64,000 bases of DNA from Alphaproteobacteria bacterium (GCA_963555825.3 CAUVXB020000002.1:2144001-2208000); one strand, 5' to 3'; positions 41,328-51,862 are shown, numbered from the stretch's first letter. Made by a program: numbers and translations. The notes: a model not told the origin generated them from the letters alone.

Positions 41328-42674
41328 ATGCCCGGCTCGTTGAAAGAATGGCTGTTCGGCGCCGGCGGCGGGCGGATGCCGGAGCGCGTCGCGGCACGCA
41401 TCCGCGAGACCCAGGACGAGAGCGAGGTCCTGATCGGCTGGGTGCAGCTGGTCGGCGTCGTCTTTTTCGGCATCGTCTACACCATCGCGCCAAAGACCTT
41501 CGACGCCGACGCCATGTTCGCGCCGGTGCCCTGGGCGCTCGGCTTCTACCTCGGCTTCACGCTGATCCGCCTGTTCCTGGCGCTCCGCCGCCGGCTGCCG
41601 GACTGGATGATCGTCGCCTCGGTGGTCGTCGACATGAGCGTGCTGCTGATCACCATATGGAGCTTTCACCTGCAGTATGAGCAACCGCCCGGCTTCTCGC
41701 TCAAGGCGCCGACGCTGCTCTACGTCTTCATATTGATCGCGCTGCGCACGCTGCGTTTCGAGCCGCGCTACGTCGTGCTGGCCGGCGCCGCCGCGGTGAC
41801 CGGCTGGCTGACGCTGTTGTTCTACGCGTTGTTCTTCAGCGCCATGCCGAGCGAGGTGACGCGCGACTACGTGCATTACATCACCTCGCCGAGCATCCTG
41901 ATCGGCGGCGAGGTCGACAAGATCCTGTCGATGGTCGCGGTCACCGCGATCCTCGCCTTCGCGCTGGCGCGCGCGCGCCGGCTGTTGATCCAGTCGGCGA
42001 CCGAGCATCTGGCGGTCTCCGACCTGTCGCGCTTCTTCGCGCCCGAGATCGCCCGGCAGATCACCAGCGCCGAGCACGGCGTGCAGCCCGGCCAGGGCGA
42101 GGTCCGCGAGGCCGCGATCCTCAACCTCGACATCCGCGGCTTCACGCCGCTGGCGCACGGCATGCCGGCCGACGACGTGATGGCGTTGCTGGCCGAGTAT
42201 CAGGCGCGCATGGTGCCGGTCATCCAGCGCCACGGCGGCAGCATCGACAAGTTCATGGGCGATGGTATCATGGCGACCTTCGGCGCCGCGATGGAGACCG
42301 AAAGCTACGCCGCCGACGCGCTCGACGCCGTGCGCGGCCTGCTCGAGGCGTCCGATGCGTGGAACGTCGAGCGCGAGACGGCAGGCAAGTCACCGCTCCG
42401 CGTCGGCGTTGGCGTCGCCGTCGGCGCGGTGGTGTTCGGCGCGGTCGGCGACGCGACGCGGCTCGAGTACACGGTGATCGGCGATGCCGTCAACCTCGCC
42501 GCCAAGCTCGAGAAACACACCAAGGTCGAGGGCCGCCGCGCGTTGACCACGGCCGACGCGCTGGCCCGCGCGCTGGCCCAGGGCTACGCCGCCCCGGCCG
42601 GTCTCGAGACCCGCGCCGCGCGGACCGTCGAAGGCGTCGACACGCCTCTCGATTTGGTCGTGATGGACGGCTAA
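41328..42674 (+). CDS. Membrane-bound class III adenylate/guanylate cyclase
   Basis: Multiple TM helices, then DIRGFT, DKFMGDG, YTVIGDAVNLAAKLE. Confidence 0.92.
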   Translation: MPGSLKEWLFGAGGGRMPERVAARIRETQDESEVLIGWVQLVGVVFFGIVYTIAPKTFDADAMFAPVPWALGFYLGFTLIRLFLALRRRLPDWMIVASVVVDMSVLLITIWSFHLQYEQPPGFSLKAPTLLYVFILIALRTLRFEPRYVVLAGAAAVTGWLTLLFYALFFSAMPSEVTRDYVHYITSPSILIGGEVDKILSMVAVTAILAFALARARRLLIQSATEHLAVSDLSRFFAPEIARQITSAEHGVQPGQGEVREAAILNLDIRGFTPLAHGMPADDVMALLAEYQARMVPVIQRHGGSIDKFMGDGIMATFGAAMETESYAADALDAVRGLLEASDAWNVERETAGKSPLRVGVGVAVGAVVFGAVGDATRLEYTVIGDAVNLAAKLEKHTKVEGRRALTTADALARALAQGYAAPAGLETRAARTVEGVDTPLDLVVMDG

Positions 42675-43609
42675 TCGAAGACGATCTTGGGGAAGTAGAG
42701 CGAGACCACCCAGTTGGGCTGGTCGACGATTTCGCTGATACGCAGATCGGCGCACACGCTGCACAGCATGTAGGCCTCGGCGGCGGCGAGGCCGTGCAGC
42801 GTGCCCAGCCGCTCGATCATGCCGCTCACCGCGTGCTTGGCGCCCTGCATCAGGTCGGGGCCGATGCCGGTGGTGACGTGGTAGCCCTTCTCGTCGAAGT
42901 GGCGTGACACCGGCCCCGCCGTGTCGTAGCGCGGAAAGGCGAGGTCGGCGCCCTTGACCAGGTCGAACGTCAGCGCGACCGTCATCGGGCTCTCTATCGC
43001 CGTGCCGCAGACCTCGCCATCGCCCTAGGCGGCGTGGGTGTCGCCGACCGAGAACAACGCGCCGGCGACCTCGATCGGCAGATAGAGCTCGGTGCCGGCC
43101 GAGAGGTCGCGGATGTCCATGTTGCCGCCGACCCGGCGCGGCGGCACGATCGAATGCAGCCCGGCCTCGCCCGGCGCGACGCCGATGGTGCCGCAGAAGG
43201 GTTTCAGCGGCACCTTGCCGCCGGGGCCGTAAAGCGCCGGCGCCAGGCCTTGGGCGTAGTACTTCCAGATATGGAGCGCCGGCTCGGGGAACTGATCGGC
43301 GAGCAGGCCGAAGCCCGGGATGACCGCGGTCCAGCCCCAGCCGGAGGGCTCGAAGGCGTCGATGGTGACCTTCAGCGCATCGCCCGGTTCGGCGCCGTCG
43401 ACGTAGACCGGCCCGGTGACCGGATTGATCGTGCCGAAATCCAGCGCGGCGACCTCGGCGACGCCCGACGAAGGGCTGAGCTGGCCGCCGGACGCGTCGA
43501 CGACCTCGAACGCGACACTGTCGCCGGGCGCCACGGTCAGCACGGGCTCATTCGCGTTGTCCCAGCCGTAATGGTGGTGTTCACCGTGGATCGTGTGCTT
43601 GCCCGCCAT
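42671..43609 (-). pseudogene. Acetamidase/formamidase family, internal TAG at 43025-43027
   Basis: GGNMD, FSVGDTHAA*GDGEVCGTAIE. Same frame on both sides of the stop. Confidence 0.88.
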
Positions 43610-43681
43610 TTTTCCGACCTCCCTGACCCGTTGCAACGGCGATTATGTCCGAGTCTGCGCGGCGCCACAAAGGCGCACGTG

Positions 43682-44497
43682 TCAGCCTTCGCGGAACTTG
43701 GTGTCGCGCCAGGCCAGCGCGGCCTTCAGGCCCTCATCCTCGCGGATGCGTTTGAACTCGGCCTTCTCGGGCGTCATGGTCGATTCGATCAAGATATCGA
43801 TATCGAGCGCGGCCTCGAGCGCCTGGCGCATGCCCATGATCTCGTAGCCGCGGTGCACGGCGCGCTTGGTCATGCGCACCGAATGCGCCGCCGCGTTCGC
43901 CATGTCGCGGGCGATCGCCATGGCGGCGTCGAATTCCTCGCCGTCGGGCACCACCCGGTTGATCAGGCCGAACTCGTAGATCCGTTGCGCCGGGATCCGG
44001 TCGTTGCCGCTCAACAGCAGCTCCTTGGCCTGTTTCGGGCCGGTCGACCAGGGCAGCAGCATGGCGATGATGCCCGATGAGAAGCGCACCTCGGGTTCGC
44101 CGAACATGGTGCTCTCGGCCGCCACGGTGATGTCGCAGGCGAGCGCGAGTTCGAAGGCGCCGGCCAGGCAATGGCCGTGCACCGCGGCCAGCGTCGGCTT
44201 GGGGCAGTCCCAGAACTGCATGATGAAGTCGAAATCGGCGCGCAGGATGGCCTCCCAGTCGCCCGGCCCGTCGGGTTTGCGCTCGGTCGACGCCTTGAGG
44301 TCGAAGCCGGCCGAAAAGGCGCGCCCCGCGCCGCGCACGACGATCGCGAACACCGCCTCGTCGGCGCTGAGCGCCGCCATGGCGGCGTTGGTCTCCTCGA
44401 CGAGCTGCGGGTTGAAGGCGTTTAGCACCCTCTCGCGGTTGAACGTCAGGATGCCGATCTTGCCGTCGCGTTCGACGGTAATGCACTCGTAGCTCAT
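43682..44497 (-). CDS. Enoyl-CoA hydratase/isomerase family
   Basis: AFSAGFDL, GHCLAGAFELALACD, FGEPE. Confidence 0.9.
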   Translation of the reverse strand: MSYECITVERDGKIGILTFNRERVLNAFNPQLVEETNAAMAALSADEAVFAIVVRGAGRAFSAGFDLKASTERKPDGPGDWEAILRADFDFIMQFWDCPKPTLAAVHGHCLAGAFELALACDITVAAESTMFGEPEVRFSSGIIAMLLPWSTGPKQAKELLLSGNDRIPAQRIYEFGLINRVVPDGEEFDAAMAIARDMANAAAHSVRMTKRAVHRGYEIMGMRQALEAALDIDILIESTMTPEKAEFKRIREDEGLKAALAWRDTKFREG

Positions 44498-46587
44498 GTC
44501 ACTTCCCTTTCGCTCCGTGGCACGACCAACGCGTCGACGGCGACGACGCCGCGTTGGTGCGCGATGATCGGATTGACGTCCAGCTCGGCGATGGCATCGC
44601 CCAAATCAGCCGCCAGCACCGAGAGCCGCGCCACCGCGTCCGATAGCGCGTCGAGATCGGCGGCCGGCCGGCCGCGCGCGCCGGCGAGCAGCGCGAAGCC
44701 CTTGAGCCGCTCCAAATATCCCATGGCGTCGGCCGCGCCGACCGGCGGCAGGAAGGTCACCGTGTCGGCGAACACTTCGACGAAGACGCCGCCCAGGCCG
44801 ACCGTCATGACCGGGCCGAACTGGACGTCCAAGACCATGCCGACGAGCAGCTCGGTGCCGGCGGGCGCCCGTTGCTGGATCATCACCGCCGGCCCGAGCG
44901 TCGCCGCCATGGCATCATAGGCGGTGGCGACCGCATCCGCGTCCTCGAGGCCGAGCACGACGCCACCCGCTTCCGTCTTGTGCCCGACCGCGGCATCGGC
45001 GGTCTTCATGACGACCGGATAACCGAGTCGTCCGGCGGCGTCGATGGCGCCGTCGCGGCTGTCCGCTTCGATGCACGCCGGCACGGCGACGCCGAAATCG
45101 GCGATCAATCGCAGCGCCTCGCCAGACCCGAGCGCCGGGCCGGCGAGCCGCTTGCGCCAGCGCGCGATCGTCGCGGCAGGCGGGCGCTCGGGCGGTGGCG
45201 CGGGCATGCGGCGGCGCCGCGCGTGCCAGGTGATCAGGTGGTCGATCGCCGCCAGGCCCGTTTCGGTGCCCATGAGCACCGGGATGCCGAGCGCGCGCAA
45301 GCGCGCGGCCTCGGCCGGGTCGACCGAGGAGTGCAGGTTGCTGAGCGCCAGGCAGGGCTTGTCGGTCGCCGCGTGGGTGTCCTCGATCGCCTGGGTCGAG
45401 GCGTAGAGGATGTCGCGGCCCGAGACCAGGTTGGTGGCCAGCGCGACGACGCCGACCGTCTCGTCTTCGGCCAGCGCCCGCGTCACTTTGGGCAGCACGC
45501 TCAAACCGCTCTCGCCCCAGTAATCGACCGGGTTTTCCGCATCGAGACCCGCATCGAGGGTCGCCCCGAGCTTTTCCTTGGTCGCTTCGGTCAGCGCTGC
45601 GAGCGTGAGCCCAATGTCATCTGCGAGATCGACGATGAGTTGGCGTTCGCCGCCCGAATCGGTCTGCACGCCGAGCGCGTCGGTCGTCGGCGTGCGGCCG
45701 CAGGCCATCAGCTCCAGCGTATCGTGCATCTCGTCGAGCGTGCGTACGCGCACGACGTTGTGGCGCTCGAACACCGCGTCGAAGGCGGCGTCCGAGCCGG
45801 CCAGAGCGCCCGAGTGGGTGAAGGCGAAGGCGCGCGACTTCTCGGTGCGGCCGATCTTGAGCGCGACGATCGGAATGCCGCGTGCTTGCGCCGCGTCCGC
45901 GGCGGCGAGGAAGTGTTCGGGCGCACGCATGGTTTCCATGACGCAGCCGATGACCCGGGTTTCCGGCTGTGCCACCAGGAAGTCCAGGTAATCGGCCATC
46001 GTCGCGCCGATCTCCATGCCGGTCGAGACGCCATAGTTCATGGCCAGTTGACGGTGGCTGCCGCCGAGGCCCGACCAGGTCGAGCCCGAATGCGACAACA
46101 GCGCGACGCCGCCGACAAGCGGCGTCCCGGGCAGTGCGGTCAGGCACATATGAACGTCGTCGATCAGGTTGAACAGCCCCATGCAGTTGCCGCCGCAGAC
46201 CGCCATGCCGGCCTCGCGCGCGATCGCCGCGAGCCGCTCGGCAAGCGGCGGGTCGGCCGGCTCGGCCTCGTAGCAGCGGCCGAAGATCATCGCCGCCGGC
46301 ACGCCCGCCGCGGCGGCCTCGGCGAGCGCCTGCTCGACGCGACCGTCGTTGACCGTGAGCACCACACAGTCGGGCGGCGCGGGCAGCTCGGCGACCGAGG
46401 GGTAGCACGGCAATTCGCCGATCGCGTCGTAGCGCGGGTTGACGCCCCACACCGCGCCGCCGTAGCGCGGCCCGGCGACGATACCGAGCACGTGGTTGCC
46501 GGCCGCGCCGGCTCGCCGCGTCGCACCGATCACGGCCACCGAGCGGGGCCGCATCAGGGCAACCATCGCTTCGGGGGGCGTGGCCAT
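44494..46587 (-). CDS. Acetate-CoA ligase family (NDP-forming acyl-CoA synthetase)
   Basis: PRSVAVIGA, GGNCMG, THSGALAG, HKTEAGGV, ELDVNP. Confidence 0.9.
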   Translation of the reverse strand: MATPPEAMVALMRPRSVAVIGATRRAGAAGNHVLGIVAGPRYGGAVWGVNPRYDAIGELPCYPSVAELPAPPDCVVLTVNDGRVEQALAEAAAAGVPAAMIFGRCYEAEPADPPLAERLAAIAREAGMAVCGGNCMGLFNLIDDVHMCLTALPGTPLVGGVALLSHSGSTWSGLGGSHRQLAMNYGVSTGMEIGATMADYLDFLVAQPETRVIGCVMETMRAPEHFLAAADAAQARGIPIVALKIGRTEKSRAFAFTHSGALAGSDAAFDAVFERHNVVRVRTLDEMHDTLELMACGRTPTTDALGVQTDSGGERQLIVDLADDIGLTLAALTEATKEKLGATLDAGLDAENPVDYWGESGLSVLPKVTRALAEDETVGVVALATNLVSGRDILYASTQAIEDTHAATDKPCLALSNLHSSVDPAEAARLRALGIPVLMGTETGLAAIDHLITWHARRRRMPAPPPERPPAATIARWRKRLAGPALGSGEALRLIADFGVAVPACIEADSRDGAIDAAGRLGYPVVMKTADAAVGHKTEAGGVVLGLEDADAVATAYDAMAATLGPAVMIQQRAPAGTELLVGMVLDVQFGPVMTVGLGGVFVEVFADTVTFLPPVGAADAMGYLERLKGFALLAGARGRPAADLDALSDAVARLSVLAADLGDAIAELDVNPIIAHQRGVVAVDALVVPRSEREVT

Positions 46588-46610
46588 GGCGCTATGCAGC
46601 GAACCGGCTA

Positions 46611-47570
46611 TCACGCCAGGGCGGCGCAGGCTTCGGCGAACTCGGCCGCCAGGCGGTCGACCAGCGCGGCGACCGGCGGCGCGTCGTGGATGCCGCCGAT
46701 GCCCTGGCCGGCGCTCCAGATGTCGCGCCACGCCTTTACCTCGGACCCGTCGTTCGAGCCGAAGTCCATCTTCGGCTTGTCGGGCGTCGGCAGGTCGTCG
46801 GGGTCGAGGCCGACAGCCTCGATCGACGCGCGAAGGTAGCTGCCCGGCACGCCCGAGAACGCCGCCGTGTAGACGATGTCCTTGGCCGCGCCTTCGATCA
46901 GCATGGTCTTGTAGGCCGCGCTCGCGTTGGCTTCTTGCGAAGCGATGAAGCGCGAGGCCATATAGGCGAGGTCGGCGCCCATGGCGCGTGCGCCGGCGAC
47001 CGACCAGCCGTCGGTGATTGCGCCGGAGAGGATGATCGTGCCGTCGAACCAGGCACGCACTTCGCGCAACAGCGCGAACGGGCTCAAGACACCGGCGTGG
47101 CCGCCGGCCCCGGCGCAGACCAGGATCAACCCGTCGACGTCCTGCTCGGCGGCCTTCTGGGCGTGGCGCAGGTTGACGACGTCGTGGAACACGACGCCGC
47201 CATAGCCGTGCACCGCCTCGACCACCTCGGCGGGCGGGCGCAGGCTGGTGATGATGATCGGCACTTCGTGCTCGACACAGATCGCCATGTCGGCGGCCAG
47301 CCGATCGTTGGTCGTGTGGCAGATCTGGTTGACCGCGAAAGGCGCCGCCGGGCGTTCCGGATGCGCCGCGTCGTGGCCGGCGAGATCGTCCTTGATTTGC
47401 CGGATCCAATCGCCGAGCGCCGTCTGCGGCCGGGCGTTGAGCGCCGGGAAGCCGCCGACGATACCCGCCTTGCACTGCGCCGTGACCAACGCGACGTCCG
47501 AGACGATGAACATCGGCGCGCCGATGACCGGAATGCGGAGCCTGTCGCGCAGGACGTCGGGGAGCGGCAT
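46611..47570 (-). CDS. Nitronate monooxygenase / FMN oxidoreductase family
   Basis: PVIGAPMF, FPALNAR, AGAGGHAG, WSAGQG. Confidence 0.9.
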   Translation of the reverse strand: MPLPDVLRDRLRIPVIGAPMFIVSDVALVTAQCKAGIVGGFPALNARPQTALGDWIRQIKDDLAGHDAAHPERPAAPFAVNQICHTTNDRLAADMAICVEHEVPIIITSLRPPAEVVEAVHGYGGVVFHDVVNLRHAQKAAEQDVDGLILVCAGAGGHAGVLSPFALLREVRAWFDGTIILSGAITDGWSVAGARAMGADLAYMASRFIASQEANASAAYKTMLIEGAAKDIVYTAAFSGVPGSYLRASIEAVGLDPDDLPTPDKPKMDFGSNDGSEVKAWRDIWSAGQGIGGIHDAPPVAALVDRLAAEFAEACAALA

Positions 47571-47721
47571 GGCGGTTTCCTCTGATGTCTCGAAAGCCGC
47601 GCGATGGTAGGCGAGCTGGCGCGATTGTGCGAGCCCCGAGCGACATATACCGGGCGATTGCAATCAGACGGTGGCCGGCTAGTCTGTATCCCCGCCAACA
47701 GCATTGGGGACCGCGCGCGAA

Positions 47722-48507
47722 ATGGCCGAAGACACGGAACGACCGGTAGCGATCGTCAGCGGCAGTGCCTCGGGCATCGGCGCCGCCTGCGCGCGGCGCT
47801 TCGCGGCGGAAGGCTTCAACCTGGTGGTCAATTACACGCGCTCGGCCGAGGCCGCCGAGACGACCGCCCGGGCCTGTCGGGACGCCGGCGCCGAGGCCGT
47901 CGTGGTCCAGGGCGACGTCGCCGACGACGCGGCCTGCATCGCGATGGTCGCGGCGGCCGAACGGACGTGGGGCCGGCTCGACGTTCTGGTCAACAACGCC
48001 GGGGTGACCCGTTTCGGCAATCCGGCGGACCTGGCGACGCTCGATGCCGACGACTTCGCGCGCGTCTTCGCGGTCAACGTGACCGGCGCCTATCAGCTGT
48101 CGCGCGCTGCGGCGCCGCTGCTCGGCGCTCGCGCCTCAGGCGCCATCGTCAACATCTCGTCGCATTCGGGGTTCTCGGGCATCGGCTCGTCGATCGCCTA
48201 CGCGGCATCCAAGGGCGCGCTCAACACGCTGACGCTGTCGCTGGCGCGCGCCTTGGCGCCTGATGTGCGTGTCAACGCCGTCTGTCCCGGCTTCGTCGAC
48301 ACCCAGTGGCTGGCGGGCAGGTTCGACGACGACGCGCTGGCCGCCTTGAAGCGCCGCACCGCCGAGATCGCGCCGCTGCGCCGGCTGGTCTCGCCCGACG
48401 AGGTCGCCGAGGCGGTCTCGTGGTTCGCGCTCGGCGGCCGTTCGATCACCGGTCAGCTGCTGGTCATCGACGGCGGCACCCACCTCACCGTCGCCGACCC
48501 GTTGTAG
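47722..48507 (+). CDS. SDR-family oxidoreductase
   Basis: SGSASGIG, NNAG, YAASK. Confidence 0.92.
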   Translation: MAEDTERPVAIVSGSASGIGAACARRFAAEGFNLVVNYTRSAEAAETTARACRDAGAEAVVVQGDVADDAACIAMVAAAERTWGRLDVLVNNAGVTRFGNPADLATLDADDFARVFAVNVTGAYQLSRAAAPLLGARASGAIVNISSHSGFSGIGSSIAYAASKGALNTLTLSLARALAPDVRVNAVCPGFVDTQWLAGRFDDDALAALKRRTAEIAPLRRLVSPDEVAEAVSWFALGGRSITGQLLVIDGGTHLTVADPL

Positions 48508-48523
48508 GAACGGTCAAAATATT

Positions 48524-48603
48524 AATGGGGTCAGACATCATTTAGAGGAGTTAACGTATTGATTCAACGTCGTAAAATAAAAGAAAAGGTGTCTGACTCC
48601 ATT
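48524..48603. repeat. Inverted GGGGTCAGAC pair between convergent genes
   Basis: AATGGGGTCAGACATC ... GGTGTCTGACTCCATT with an AT-rich spacer. Confidence 0.7.
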
Positions 48604-48641
48604 TGGAGGAGGTCGCGTGTGGTGTGCGAATGCCGACCGTG

Positions 48642-49661
48642 TTAGCCGAACTTGGTCAGGTAACGGTCGGCCAGCCCGACCGATTGGTCGGTCGCCTCGT
48701 CGCCCAGCGCCTTGGCCAGATCGGTCTCCGAATGGGATGCGGACCAGGCCAGGATCTGCATGCGCCGGAGCATCAGGAAGCTCGGGACTTCGTCTTCCTC
48801 GGCTTGCGACATGGGCCGCTCACGCCGGTAGCCTTCGAGCCAGGCGGCGACCAGTTCGGGCACGTCTGCGCGGTGTTCGATGAAGCTGAGCGCGGTGCCG
48901 AGGTCGTGCAGGTACCAGCTGAACCCCGAATCGTCGAAGTCGATGACCCGCGTGTCGCCGTCGTGGATCAACAGGTTGGCAACGCGCATGTCGGCGTGCA
49001 CCAGGCCGTAGCGGTCGCGGCCCATGCCGAAGGCCTTGAGGCGGCGCTCGAGGGTCGCGGCGACGCGGCCGAACAGCGCGATGCGTTCGGCGTTCAGGTT
49101 CGGGCCGTCGAACCAGTGGCCCCAATGCGGCGTCACGCCCAGGATGGTCTGGCAGTTCCAGCTGAAGCGCTCGAAGCCGGGCGGCGGCGTCCAGCGCTCG
49201 ACGTGGCGGTGCATGCGCGCGGTGACCGCGCCCAGGTTGGGCATCGACGGCAGCAGGTTGTCGGGATCGGGCTCCTCGCCCGCCAGATGCTCGAAGAAAA
49301 CGCAGACCCGCCCGTCGGGCAGCTCCTCGGTCGCGACGCGGTGGAGGCCCGCGCCGTCGGGATACGCGATGACGTCGGGCGTGTGGACGCGTGCGTCGGT
49401 CTTGAGCGCGGCCATCCAGGCGTGCTCCGAGGCGATCGCCGCGGGCGTGTGGTAGCGGGTGCGGTGGATGCGCAGGATGCGCGTCGCGCCACTCGCCCTG
49501 TCGGTCACCAGATAGGTCGTGTTCTCCGACTGGTTGAGCAGCGTGAGCGAGACCGCGCGGCCGGGCGCGATGATCACCGCCGCCTTGCTCGCGACGCCTT
49601 TGAGGCGGCGCAGCAGTTCGACCTGGCCGAGGCCGCTGGTCGGGTCGACCGTGTTGGTCAT
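48642..49661 (-). CDS. APH-family phosphotransferase (homoserine-kinase-II-like)
   Basis: SENTTY, HADMRVANL, IDFDD. Confidence 0.88.
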   Translation of the reverse strand: MTNTVDPTSGLGQVELLRRLKGVASKAAVIIAPGRAVSLTLLNQSENTTYLVTDRASGATRILRIHRTRYHTPAAIASEHAWMAALKTDARVHTPDVIAYPDGAGLHRVATEELPDGRVCVFFEHLAGEEPDPDNLLPSMPNLGAVTARMHRHVERWTPPPGFERFSWNCQTILGVTPHWGHWFDGPNLNAERIALFGRVAATLERRLKAFGMGRDRYGLVHADMRVANLLIHDGDTRVIDFDDSGFSWYLHDLGTALSFIEHRADVPELVAAWLEGYRRERPMSQAEEDEVPSFLMLRRMQILAWSASHSETDLAKALGDEATDQSVGLADRYLTKFG

Positions 49662-49662
49662 G

Positions 49663-50583
49663 TCATCTTTGCGCCGGCGGCAGCGGTTTCAGGCCTTCGA
49701 GCAGCGTCAACAGGTTGTCGTCGCGCCAGGCGTGGATCTCGTCCATCGTCAGGTGGCCGGTCGTCGCGTCGACCTCGTCGATCGCCACCCGGTCGAACCC
49801 GTCCGGCCCGCGCCAGCCCCAATGCTCGATGGCGCCGCGGATGCCGCCGAGACCGCCCGCCATGTTCCAGCAGGCGAGCGGTCCGGCGAAGGCCCAGCGC
49901 AGGCCAGGGCCGTAGACCAACGCGTCGTCGGCGTCGCGGTAATCGCAGATGCCGGCCTCGACGAGCTCGTGGTTTTCCCGCAACACGACCATTTGCAGCC
50001 GGTTGGAGATATAGGATTCGATCTCCTTCTTGAGCCGCACCGCGCGCTTGCCGATGGCGGTGTAAAACGCCATCGACCAGTCGAGCACGGCGTCGTCGGT
50101 GCGCTCGCCGCCGACCACCTCGACCAGCGGCAGCAGATAGGACGGCGCGAAGGGGTGGCCGACGATGCAGCGTTCCGGGTGTTGGCACTTGCTGGCGATC
50201 CGCGAGGGCAGGAAATGCGACGACGAGGAGGCGATGACGACGTCGTTGGGCGCCGCGGCGTCGATCCGCGCGAACAGCTCGATCTTGAGGTCCTCGTGGT
50301 CGAGCGCGCTTTCCTGGATGAAATCGGCGTCGGCGACCGCGTCGGCGAGGTCGGCGGTGAAGCGCAGCCGATCGCGCCGCGCCCCCGGCGCCTGGCCGAT
50401 CGTCTCGAGGCTCGGCCAGGCGACGTCGACGATATGCGCCAGCCGGGCCTCGGCGTCGGTGCCCGGATCGGTCGCGACGACGTCGAGGCCGTGGGCGAGA
50501 AAATAGGCGGCCCAGCCGCCGCCGATCGCGCCGGCGCCGACGCAGGCGATGCGTTTCACGTGGTCGGGGTCGGGTCGTGCCAT
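49663..50583 (-). CDS. 3-hydroxyacyl-CoA / carnitine dehydrogenase-like protein
   Basis: GAGAIGGGW, FIQES, ASSSS, GHPF, GPGLRWA. Confidence 0.85.
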   Translation of the reverse strand: MARPDPDHVKRIACVGAGAIGGGWAAYFLAHGLDVVATDPGTDAEARLAHIVDVAWPSLETIGQAPGARRDRLRFTADLADAVADADFIQESALDHEDLKIELFARIDAAAPNDVVIASSSSHFLPSRIASKCQHPERCIVGHPFAPSYLLPLVEVVGGERTDDAVLDWSMAFYTAIGKRAVRLKKEIESYISNRLQMVVLRENHELVEAGICDYRDADDALVYGPGLRWAFAGPLACWNMAGGLGGIRGAIEHWGWRGPDGFDRVAIDEVDATTGHLTMDEIHAWRDDNLLTLLEGLKPLPPAQR

Positions 50584-50692
50584 GGCTGTCTCTCCCGCGG
50601 TTACCGGCCGACGCTATCTCAATCACCCTTTCGCGGCATCATCGAATCGTGGCAAACCAGGCGAACGGGATAAATATTTCGGAGCACGCGCG

Positions 50693-51862
50693 ATGCCCAG
50701 CGATCGTCTCGACACGATGCCCAACCCCGACCTCGTGGTCGGCGCGCAAGGCCGCGAAAGCTGGAACGTGGCGGAATGCCGCCGCGCCAGCTTTCACCGC
50801 CTGCACGCCATCGCGCGCTATGGCTTCAGCCTGCGCGCGCCCGACGTGCTGCGTCTTGGCAAGAACATCGACCGCCGCATCGCCGACATGCCGACGGTTC
50901 GCAAACTGACCGAGACGACCATCTTCTCGGCCATGGTCGTGCTGCGTGACACCACGGTGATCTTCGAGAAATACGCGCCTGATTTCGGCCCGACCGATGC
51001 CCACAGCGTGATGTCGATCAGCAAGACGGCGATCAACCTGATCTTCGGCAAACTGATCGACGACGGCCTGATCGACAGCGCGGCAACGGTCGGCGGGCAC
51101 CTGCCCGAGATCGGTACGGGCTACGCCCAAGCGACCATCCGAGACGTCCTCGACATGAACATCGTCAACGACTACACAGAGGACTATTCCGACCCCGAGA
51201 CGACGGCGCTGTTGCACGAGGCGGCGATGGGCTGGCGCCTGTTCCCGGCCGGCACGAGCGACATCACCGACCGCGAGTTCCTGTGCACCATCGCCAGCGA
51301 CGATCTGGTCAACCGTTCGGGCGAGCCGCAGTACAAATCGGCCAACACCGACGTGCTGGGTTGGATCGCCGAGCGCGTCAGCGGGCGCGGCCTGCGCGAC
51401 CACTTCATCGATATCGTCGAGGCCGCCGGGATCGAGGACACGTTCCACATGTCGACCGATCGCGCCGGCGTCGCCAACCTGAATGGCGGCATCTGCATGA
51501 CGGCGCGCGACCTGGCGCGGTATGGCCTGATCTTCGCGCGCGGCGGCATCGGCGTCCACGGCGAGACGGTCGGCAGTCGCGCCTTCATCGAGGCGACGCG
51601 GGCCGGTCGGGGGCCGCGCTATCCGGCGCCGCACGACCATGTGTACTATTGCAACCAAATGCGCAGCGACGGCCGCTGGATCGGCCATGGCGGCTGGGGC
51701 GGTCAGTTCCTGCTGATCGATCCGGACACGCGCGTCGTCGTCGTGTTCTTCAGCGTCTTGGAGAACGAAGACGCGTCGGACTGGGATTATCAGCTCGAAA
51801 CGATCGCCATGGCCGAGGCGATCACGCGGCTCGCGTTCGACGACGAGAGCGCTTGGCTCTAG
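50693..51862 (+). CDS. Serine hydrolase, beta-lactamase/NylB-like
   Basis: SISK, YKSANTD, TARDLARYG, HGGWGGQ. Confidence 0.85.
   Translation: MPSDRLDTMPNPDLVVGAQGRESWNVAECRRASFHRLHAIARYGFSLRAPDVLRLGKNIDRRIADMPTVRKLTETTIFSAMVVLRDTTVIFEKYAPDFGPTDAHSVMSISKTAINLIFGKLIDDGLIDSAATVGGHLPEIGTGYAQATIRDVLDMNIVNDYTEDYSDPETTALLHEAAMGWRLFPAGTSDITDREFLCTIASDDLVNRSGEPQYKSANTDVLGWIAERVSGRGLRDHFIDIVEAAGIEDTFHMSTDRAGVANLNGGICMTARDLARYGLIFARGGIGVHGETVGSRAFIEATRAGRGPRYPAPHDHVYYCNQMRSDGRWIGHGGWGGQFLLIDPDTRVVVVFFSVLENEDASDWDYQLETIAMAEAITRLAFDDESAWL

Noticed and set aside
43025-43027. In-frame TAG as possible recoding (pyrrolysine or readthrough)
   Set aside because: The position is the conserved Gln of HAAQGDGE, one change from CAG, and no recoding genes are in the window.
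44494-47646. 1050-aa ORF, and similar long ORFs 53303-56350, 58745-60640 and 39863-41275
   Set aside because: These are GC-rich alternative-frame extensions or shadows overlapping recognisable genes. Real starts were assigned downstream.
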